Assembly: GCA_033549025.1 (NCBI GenBank)
Contig: JAWSUS010000018.1
Coordinates: 1-64,000, forward strand
Length of the DNA: 64,000 nucleotides
Direction: 5' to 3'
From: Desulfuromonadales bacterium
GTDB lineage: Bacteria; Desulfobacterota; Desulfuromonadia; Desulfuromonadales; SZUA-540
Shown: positions 57,391 to 64,000 of the stretch, piece after piece
Numbering within the stretch: position 1 is the first letter of the stretch
How the letters are laid out: every line of letters starts with the position of its first letter
Position numbers and translations under genes: made by a program
Notes under the pieces: generated by a model
Database searches by the model: none
What the model saw: the letters and a program-made list of their open reading frames with translations, nothing else
Told to the model about the DNA's origin: nothing

Positions 57391-57810
57391 ATGAACAACA
57401 GTCTCCCCCTCATCGTCACCGCCGGCATTGTCTGTCACCAGGGCCGTATCCTCATCACCCGCCGACCGGGCGGCAGCAAACACGGCGGCATGTGGGAATT
57501 TCCCGGCGGCAAACTGGACCCCGGCGAGTCACCCTCGCAAGGCCTGCGGCGGGAACTGCGCGAAGAACTGGCTCTGGAGGTTGAAACCAGCGATATCTTC
57601 GAAGTGGTGTATCATCGCTATGATTGGGGTCCGGTGCTGATTCTGGCCTACCTCTGTCGGCCCTTGAGCACCAGGGTACAGAACATTCAGGTGTCCGAGC
57701 ATCGCTGGGTGAAGCCCGAGGAATTGAGTGACTTCGACATCCTGCCGGCAGATCGCCCCATCATTGAAAAACTGCAAGGAAGACCCGCTGCTTTCGTGGA
57801 CAAAACCTGA
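57391..57810 (+). CDS. MutT/NudG-like NUDIX pyrophosphohydrolase
   Basis: WEFPGGK...LRRELREEL Nudix box. Confidence 0.9.
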   Translation: MNNSLPLIVTAGIVCHQGRILITRRPGGSKHGGMWEFPGGKLDPGESPSQGLRRELREELALEVETSDIFEVVYHRYDWGPVLILAYLCRPLSTRVQNIQVSEHRWVKPEELSDFDILPADRPIIEKLQGRPAAFVDKT

Positions 57811-58063
57811 TTTCACCCGACATTCCGATCGGCCGACAGCCTCGCTTCGATTCACCCTGATTCTCCCGACCTTCGTCGCACAAAATAAAACAATTTTTTT
57901 ATTAGAGCATCGCCGTAATAAAATCAACCGCCAAACAGGTCGGACACCTTGATGTTCCGTTTCGCATCACCTACCCGCCCCTGACCTGAACAGCCTTTCA
58001 AAAACCGATATCCTAAGGATTTATCTTATCCCACACCCCTCCCAGTTTTTCTGCCGAATGAAG

Positions 58064-58125
58064 TTGACATAAATAAAACGGTGTATTATTTTTAACGTCA
58101 ACACGTAAACAATACCCGTTTTATG
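58064..58125 (+). promoter_or_regulatory. iclR promoter with overlapping palindromic operator-like sites
   Basis: TTGACA-17-TATTTT; AATAAAACGGTGTATTATT at 58072-58090; inverted copy near 58108-58124. Confidence 0.6.
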
Positions 58126-58166
58126 CGGCGCCCTGCTGAACTTTTAGCCGCCTTTGCCACCATTGG

Positions 58167-58973
58167 ATGTCAAGGAGGAAAACAGTGCCTACCCGGGAAA
58201 AAGAATCCTACTCCATCCAGTCGGTGGATAACGCGCTGGATGTCCTTGAAGCCCTCTGTGAAGAGGGGGACGAAGTCCGTATCTCACAACTGAGCGAACG
58301 ACTGGGCATGAACAAAACCAGCGTTTTTCGCCTGTTGGCCACCTTCGAAAACCGGGGCTACGTCGAGCGGGAAAAAGGCTCCGGCAAATACCGGCTTGGC
58401 CTGTCCGCCTATGAAATGGGGCAGAAATTTCTCTCGCGCATGCATCTGCTGCGCAAAGCCAAGCCCATCATGGAACGCCTTGTTCGGCAGATAAATGAAG
58501 CCGTTTATCTTGCAGTTCCCCGCGACCCCAGTATTCTTCTACTGGATATGGTCGATACCAGCGCCCAGGTCAAAATCGTCTCCCTCGCCGGCAATCGCTA
58601 TGAGATTTCGACCACTGCGGCCGGCAAAGTCATCCTGGCTTTTCGAGTCGCCGGCAACGGGACGTCTAACGGCTCAAACGGCAAAAAGGGCCGGGACGTT
58701 TCCGCCTTGCCCCCCGCCGAACAGCAGACTATTCGCCGCGATGGCTTTTGCCTTGACCGCGGCGGGCTGGGCGAGGGGGTGGTGAGCGTAGCGGTACCCC
58801 TGTTCCGCTCCGGCGGCGATGTGGTAGGGAGTCTCTGCTGCGTCGGCCCCGATTTTCGTATGACCGATGAGCGCCTGCAGGAAGAAATTCTTCCCCAAAT
58901 CAAGGATGCCGGTGATATTATCTCTTCCAAGCTTGGCCATCTGGGCCGCTACTTTGACGGCGAGCACGACTGA
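58167..58973 (+). CDS. IclR-family transcriptional regulator
   Basis: IQSVDNALDVL, HTH, TTAAGKVIL, GVVSVAVP. Confidence 0.92.
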   Translation: MSRRKTVPTREKESYSIQSVDNALDVLEALCEEGDEVRISQLSERLGMNKTSVFRLLATFENRGYVEREKGSGKYRLGLSAYEMGQKFLSRMHLLRKAKPIMERLVRQINEAVYLAVPRDPSILLLDMVDTSAQVKIVSLAGNRYEISTTAAGKVILAFRVAGNGTSNGSNGKKGRDVSALPPAEQQTIRRDGFCLDRGGLGEGVVSVAVPLFRSGGDVVGSLCCVGPDFRMTDERLQEEILPQIKDAGDIISSKLGHLGRYFDGEHD

Positions 58974-59034
58974 TGCCATCGCACAGTTACTTCCAAACCC
59001 CATAAAAATCATCAGCTTAAACCGGGAGACCTGA

Positions 59035-59370
59035 ATGACGGCACGACAACGAGTGACGGTCAATTTCTTTCGCCCTGTACACAGGAACATGCGGAAAGAG
59101 ACGGCTGTCATCAAAACCATCCTTTTGCTCTGGGCCTTTCTGAGCTTTGGCGTTCCCCTCATTATCTGGCTGGCCGGTCTGGGCGACCCGCAGGGTCTGG
59201 GCGAGTCGTTCTTTACCCGCTGGAGCTTCCTGGGTTTCCCCCTGCACTACTGGCTGGTGGCCCAGGGCTGCACCATCGGCTATGTGCTTTTGTGCAAGCT
59301 CTACTGTCTTCTCTGGGAGCGTCGCGTCGCCCAGCAACGGATTGCGCCGCCGCCGCTGAGGAGAGGCTGA
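59035..59370 (+). CDS. DUF4212/DUF485-type small membrane subunit of an ActP-like symporter
   Basis: Two TM helices, FLGFPLHYWLVAQG; directly precedes the symporter. Confidence 0.82.
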   Translation: MTARQRVTVNFFRPVHRNMRKETAVIKTILLLWAFLSFGVPLIIWLAGLGDPQGLGESFFTRWSFLGFPLHYWLVAQGCTIGYVLLCKLYCLLWERRVAQQRIAPPPLRRG

Positions 59371-59371
59371 T

Positions 59372-61075
59372 ATGTCCCGGCTTCTTTCCCAGAGAGCGGC
59401 AGCCCTGATCATTCTGCTGGTCACCCCCCTGCCCGCCTTGGCCGTCGGTGAAGAGATCTACCAGGTGGAACCGGGCTTCAAGATGATCCCGGCGATTATC
59501 CTGCTCGTCCTGCTCAGCGTCTATATCGGCGTCGGTTTTCTCTCCAAGGTATCGGAAACCTCCGGCTACTGGGTGGCCGGGCGGGGGATCGGCAAAATCG
59601 GCAACGGCGCCGCCATCGCCTCGGACTGGATGTCGGCGGCCTCCTTCATGGGCGTGGCCGGGCTGCTCTACCTGAAGGGCTGGTTCGGCCTGGGCTACAT
59701 TCTCGGCTGGACCGGCGGCTACGTGCTCCTGCTGACCTTGCTGGCCGCGCAGATCCGCCGCTTCGGCAAGTACACCATCCCCGAATTTCTCGGTGACCGC
59801 TACGACAGCCACGCCGTCCGCCTGATTTCCGCCGTCGTAACTGTTATCATCGCCATCACCTACGCCACCGCGCAATTCAAGGGCATCGGCCTCATCTGCG
59901 GCTGGATTTTCGGCATCGACTACACGGCCAGCGTCCTTTTGGCCGCCGGCGTCGTCCTCACCTACATGCTCATCTCCGGCATGAGGGGGGTCACCCGCAA
60001 CCAGCAGATCCAGTATGTCGTTCTCATCTCCGCCTTTCTCATTCCCCTCTGGCTACTGATCAAAAAGGCTGGCGGCGCCGGCTGGCTGCCGCAACTCGAG
60101 TACGGCGCCATCCTCTCCGGTCTCATGGACGGCAAGGTCGCCTCCGGCCAACTTTCGGCCGAAGCGCTGGATGAACTCCGTCGGGACTTTCTGCCCTGGG
60201 GCATGGGGAACATCTATCAGTTCATCGCCCTGGCTTTCACCCTCATGGTCGGCACCGCCGGGCTCCCTCACATCATGATCCGCTTCTACACCGTCAAGAA
60301 CGAGGATATCGCCCGCAAATCGGTGCTGTGGGGACTCTTCTTCATCGGCCTGCTCTACTGGTCCTCCCCCGTCTACGCCGCCATGGGTAAATTCTGGAAC
60401 CCGTTGGGTGGTCAGGCGGTAGCCGACGTCATCATCCTGTCCGCTCCCGAACGGGCGGGTCTCGGCATTCCCTTTATCGGCTACCTGGCCGGAGGCGCCA
60501 TGGCCGCCGGTCTATCCACCGTCGCCGGTCTACTGGTCGCCGGCGCCTCGGCTATTGCGCACGACTGGTATGCCACCGTTTTCAAACCCGACTGCACCGA
60601 CCGGGAGGCCTTGCATGTCGGCCGCATCTTCACCATCATCATCTGCGCCATCGTCGTCATCGCCGCCCTGAATCCGCCGGCCCTCATCGCCCAGATCGTC
60701 GCCATGGCCTTCGCCATCGCCGGAAACACCATCTTTCCGGCCGCCGTCCTCGCCGTCTGGTACGGCAAGGCCAACAAATACGGCGCCCTGGCCGGCATTA
60801 TTTTCGGTCTCACCCTGACCCTCACGGCCATGGCCGGCTGGATTGCCGGCATTCCCCTGTTTGGACCGGAAGGCCTGCTACCAGCCACCTCGTCGTCCCT
60901 TATCGTCTGCCCTTTGGCCTTTCTCATCAATATTTTCGTTTCCAACCTGACGGATGAGCGGGTCAGCGACGAATCGGCCACCCGCATGGATAATATTCTG
61001 CGCAAGCTGCACAACCTGCCCGGCTATGTGGAAGAAGAAGAAAGAGCCGTCCACTCTGCAAACAAGACCCCCTAA
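59372..61075 (+). CDS. Sodium:solute symporter, ActP (acetate/monocarboxylate) subfamily
   Basis: NGAAIASDWMSAASF, GKYTIPEFLGDRY, GTAGLPHIMIRFYT. Confidence 0.92.
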   Translation: MSRLLSQRAAALIILLVTPLPALAVGEEIYQVEPGFKMIPAIILLVLLSVYIGVGFLSKVSETSGYWVAGRGIGKIGNGAAIASDWMSAASFMGVAGLLYLKGWFGLGYILGWTGGYVLLLTLLAAQIRRFGKYTIPEFLGDRYDSHAVRLISAVVTVIIAITYATAQFKGIGLICGWIFGIDYTASVLLAAGVVLTYMLISGMRGVTRNQQIQYVVLISAFLIPLWLLIKKAGGAGWLPQLEYGAILSGLMDGKVASGQLSAEALDELRRDFLPWGMGNIYQFIALAFTLMVGTAGLPHIMIRFYTVKNEDIARKSVLWGLFFIGLLYWSSPVYAAMGKFWNPLGGQAVADVIILSAPERAGLGIPFIGYLAGGAMAAGLSTVAGLLVAGASAIAHDWYATVFKPDCTDREALHVGRIFTIIICAIVVIAALNPPALIAQIVAMAFAIAGNTIFPAAVLAVWYGKANKYGALAGIIFGLTLTLTAMAGWIAGIPLFGPEGLLPATSSSLIVCPLAFLINIFVSNLTDERVSDESATRMDNILRKLHNLPGYVEEEERAVHSANKTP

Positions 61076-61080
61076 AGGGG

Positions 61081-61125
61081 TTGCCATTTAGACCATTCCA
61101 GACCATAATGAAACGCTATTTTAAT
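61081..61125 (+). promoter_or_regulatory. Internal sigma70 promoter with operator-like site
   Basis: TTGCCA-17-CATAAT; AATGAAACGCTATTTTAAT at 61107-61125. Confidence 0.55.
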
Positions 61126-61161
61126 CACCGGGTCGCCGCCAGGGTGGCCCGGTGATTACCC

Positions 61162-63111
61162 GTGACAGTTCCCTATCCCCTGACCCCGGAAATCGGCATG
61201 AGCCTCATCAGACATCTCAAAGACACCGAGCCGTTCAACCATCTGCCCGAGGAGATCTTTCAGGAGATCAGCACAGCCGCTTCGGTACGCAAGTACCCGG
61301 CCAACTATCATATCTTTCACCAGAACGATCCGCCGACGGGCTACCTCTATGTGATCAAGGAAGGTCTGGTCGAAATCGTCGTCACAACGCCCGGCGGCTC
61401 GGACATGGTGGTGGACTATCGCAAGGAGGGGACTTTTTTCGGCGGCACCCCCATTTTCACCGGCGAGCCCTATACGGGCGGCGCCCGCACCGTCAAGGGA
61501 ACGGAGTGCTACCTCATTCCCCAGGACATCCTCAAGCGGGCCGAGAAGGACTATCCGCAGCTGAGCGCCTATTTCGCCCGCATCGTCCATTCGCGGGTAC
61601 GCCAACTCTATTCAGAGATGGTCACCGACTTTACGCAGAAAGCCCTGACCCAGGTTGAAGCCTATCCTTTCAAAAAACGGCTGTCGGAGATCATGGTAAC
61701 CACCGTGGTGACCTGCGAGGCGGATGAAACCGCCCAGCAGGTAGCCCGCCGTCTTATGGAGAAAAAGATCAGTTCGGTTCTGGTCCTCGATGAGAAAAAA
61801 CGACCCTGCGGCATCATCACCGAGAAAGACCTGGTCTACAAGGTTATCGCCCCGGAGCAGGCCAACGGCCAGACCCTACGCGCCCGCGACATCATGACCG
61901 CCCACCCCTACACCCTGGCGCCCGACACCTATATGTACGAGGCCATGGCCTACATGACCGGCCACCGCATCAAGCATCTGCCCGTGATCGATCGCGGCGA
62001 GGTGGTGGGCATCGTCACCCTGCGCGACCTGCTGCGCTATCGCAGCCAAAAAGCCATGGTGCTGGTCGGCACCATCCGGGACGAAACGACCCTGGCCGGG
62101 CTGGCCGCCATCCGCCGGGAAATCGTTACAGTGGCCCGGGGCCTGCTGTCGGAGACGCGCAGTACCCCGGAGGTTATGGAGATCATCTCCTACATCCATC
62201 ACGGCATCATCCGGCGCACCTACGAAATCTGCCTGGAACAGCATCTGGCCGAGGGGAACCTCCTCCCCGACATCCGCTACTGCTTTCTCATCATGGGCAG
62301 CGGCGGCCGCCGGGAGATGTTGCTGGGGCCGGACCAGGACAACGGCTTCATCTTCGAGGATGTACCCGATGAGCGAATGCCGGAGATCGAAGGATTTTTC
62401 GCCCCCCTGGCCGAAAAGGTTGTCCAGGGGCTGGCACAGGTCGGCTACCCCCTGTGCAGCGGCAAGGTCATGGCCAACAACCCGGCCTGGCGCGGCCGTC
62501 TGCAGGACTGGGAGGAGCGCATTGCCGACTGGGTGCATGATCCCGAGCCCCAGAAAGTTCGCTATTCCTCCATCTTTTTCGACTTTTCTCCCCTGGTGGG
62601 CGACCCGACCCTGGCCCAGGATCTGCGGGACCGGGTGCACCACCTCATCCGGGAGTTTCCCGGTTTCCTCTACCACGTCATGTCGCTGGATCTGCGCTAC
62701 AAGGTGCCGGTGGGACTGCTGGGGAGATTTATCGTCGACAAAAACGGCGAACACGAAGGGGAGCTCTCCCTCAAGCAGGGGGGGATTGTCTACATCGTCG
62801 ACTGCATCCGCATGTTCACCCTGGAGAAGGAAATCAACCGCATCACCACCCTTGACCGCCTCAAGGCCCTGGTGGAGAGCCACGTCTTTGCCCCTGAAAC
62901 GGCCGAACACATCCGCGCCGCCTTTGAGGCCCTCATCTTTCTGCGGCTTCGCCACGAAATTGCCATGGTGGAGCAGGGACAGGAACCGAGCCACCACCTT
63001 GACCCCTACGCGTTGCCGAAAAACGAGCAGGACTTGCTCAAGGAGTCCTTCAACGCCGTCAGCAAACTGCAGGACGCCACCAAACGCCACTTCGCCAAGA
63101 CCCCCTTTTAA
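61162..63111 (+). CDS. cNMP-binding/CBS-pair/DUF294 putative nucleotidyltransferase
   Basis: cNMP domain (LYVIKEGLVEI), two CBS repeats, MGSGGRRE...DQDN, FFDF; alternative start at 61198. Confidence 0.9.
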   Translation: MTVPYPLTPEIGMSLIRHLKDTEPFNHLPEEIFQEISTAASVRKYPANYHIFHQNDPPTGYLYVIKEGLVEIVVTTPGGSDMVVDYRKEGTFFGGTPIFTGEPYTGGARTVKGTECYLIPQDILKRAEKDYPQLSAYFARIVHSRVRQLYSEMVTDFTQKALTQVEAYPFKKRLSEIMVTTVVTCEADETAQQVARRLMEKKISSVLVLDEKKRPCGIITEKDLVYKVIAPEQANGQTLRARDIMTAHPYTLAPDTYMYEAMAYMTGHRIKHLPVIDRGEVVGIVTLRDLLRYRSQKAMVLVGTIRDETTLAGLAAIRREIVTVARGLLSETRSTPEVMEIISYIHHGIIRRTYEICLEQHLAEGNLLPDIRYCFLIMGSGGRREMLLGPDQDNGFIFEDVPDERMPEIEGFFAPLAEKVVQGLAQVGYPLCSGKVMANNPAWRGRLQDWEERIADWVHDPEPQKVRYSSIFFDFSPLVGDPTLAQDLRDRVHHLIREFPGFLYHVMSLDLRYKVPVGLLGRFIVDKNGEHEGELSLKQGGIVYIVDCIRMFTLEKEINRITTLDRLKALVESHVFAPETAEHIRAAFEALIFLRLRHEIAMVEQGQEPSHHLDPYALPKNEQDLLKESFNAVSKLQDATKRHFAKTPF

Positions 63112-63133
63112 TCCGACCGAGCCTAGCCCAAAT

Positions 63134-63162
63134 AAAAAGGCCCGCCGACAGGCAGGCCTTTT
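63134..63162. terminator. Bidirectional terminator
   Basis: AAAAAGGCC...GGCCTTTT between convergent genes. Confidence 0.7.
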
Positions 63163-63189
63163 CTGTATCAATTGACGGCGGGTAACGGA

Positions 63190-63708
63190 CTACGCCTGCT
63201 CCGACGACCCCGCAGTTACGCGCTCCTCGTCGTAGAGCAGGCGCTCCACATCGAGCAGAATCTTCACCTCGTCACCCATCTTGCCCATGCCGCTGAAGAA
63301 ACGGCTGCTCTTGCCCCGATTGGTGCGCGGCGGCGGCTCAATCTGGTCACGGGCGATATTGGCCACTTCGCTCACCTCATCCACCACTAACCCCACGGCC
63401 GTCCCGTTATACTGCACGACAATGATGCAGGTGCGGTCATCATAGGCCCGCGCTGGCAGCTTGAAGCGGGCGCGCACGTCCATCACGGGGATGACCTTGC
63501 CGCGCAGATTGATCACCCCTTTGATGTAGTCGGGCATGTCGGGCACATCGGTGATCTTCTGCACGCCGATGATCTCCGTAACGTGGCGAATCTCAAGACC
63601 GTAATCCTCCTGACCCAGATGAAAGGTGAGGAACTTGTTCTCCATGGTGTCCTCATCCCGCGTCGCATCTGCCTCGAACGCGTACTTTTCTCGAATATTT
63701 TCCGTCAT
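63190..63708 (-). CDS. cheW: Chemotaxis adaptor protein CheW
   Basis: FLTFHLG.E.YG, VPDMP.YIKGVINLRG, GLVVDEV. Confidence 0.93.
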   Translation of the reverse strand: MTENIREKYAFEADATRDEDTMENKFLTFHLGQEDYGLEIRHVTEIIGVQKITDVPDMPDYIKGVINLRGKVIPVMDVRARFKLPARAYDDRTCIIVVQYNGTAVGLVVDEVSEVANIARDQIEPPPRTNRGKSSRFFSGMGKMGDEVKILLDVERLLYDEERVTAGSSEQA

Positions 63709-63774
63709 ACTGCACATCTCCTGAATCAAAAGAGGGGAAGTCCTCGAACAAAGCGTGATAGGCCGGGTGGCCCT

Positions 63775-64000
63775 TCAGCCGCCGGTCTGCTCTTTATAGC
63801 GGCCGTTGACCCGGTAAACGAAGGCGAGGATTTCAGCGACAACCTGGTAAAGGTCTTCGGGGATTTCCTCACCGACAGGAATGCGAGCCAGAACTTCCAG
63901 CAGATCCGCATCTTCGCGCACCGGCAAGCCCGCCTCCCTGGCCGTCTGCAGGATGCGCTCGGCAATCTCGCCGCGGCCGCTCGCCACCACGCGCGGCGCC
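63775..64000 (-). CDS. FlhB C-terminal-domain homolog (EscU/YscU-like small protein), 5' end outside the window
   Basis: APRVVASGRG.IAERI...IPEDLYQVVAEILAFVY. Confidence 0.85.
   Translation of the reverse strand, partial: APRVVASGRGEIAERILQTAREAGLPVREDADLLEVLARIPVGEEIPEDLYQVVAEILAFVYRVNGRYKEQTGG

Noticed and set aside
61876..63171. 431-aa ORF antisense to the DUF294 gene
   Set aside because: High-GC shadow ORF that crosses the terminator

Overview
Core-chromosome window from a GC-rich deltaproteobacterium. Gene content (octaheme OTR-type cytochrome, NtrY/NtrX-like pair, IclR-actP cluster, rny-ymdB) is consistent with Desulfuromonadales, but this is inference. In order: a TraB/GumN gene, L,D-transpeptidase, SSADH, octaheme cytochrome c, nfu/MidA/HAD/GDPD genes, glpX, yebC-ruvCAB with a HAMP-GGDEF gene and a large unknown protein, patatin-phasin-UbiB genes, lpxC, ntrY/ntrX-like genes, two back-to-back rRNA operons (16S-tRNAIle-tRNAAla-23S-5S, minus strand, 5578-bp period), the smc-roadblock-ftsY-zapB-zapA-6S RNA-fthC-rny-ymdB-tyrS run, RluA, a histidine kinase, AsmA-like, isochorismatase, ubiE, NUDIX, an IclR/DUF4212/ActP/DUF294 acetate-uptake cluster, cheW and a partial FlhB-C homolog. 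No IS, integrase, prophage or CRISPR was seen. Best candidates for novelty: (1) an unannotated ~230-nt multi-stem RNA with its own sigma70 promoter and terminator at 212-443; (2) a membrane GGDEF carrying the Asp-to-Ser substitution of Hypr (3',3'-cGAMP) synthases; (3) a 785-aa protein that looks like a catalytically dead type IIG restriction-modification/N6-methyltransferase scaffold; (4) a sigma54 promoter with repeated upstream boxes in front of lpxC; (5) a repeated operator motif across the IclR-actP-DUF294 cluster. All family calls come from reading motifs by eye; no database search was run.
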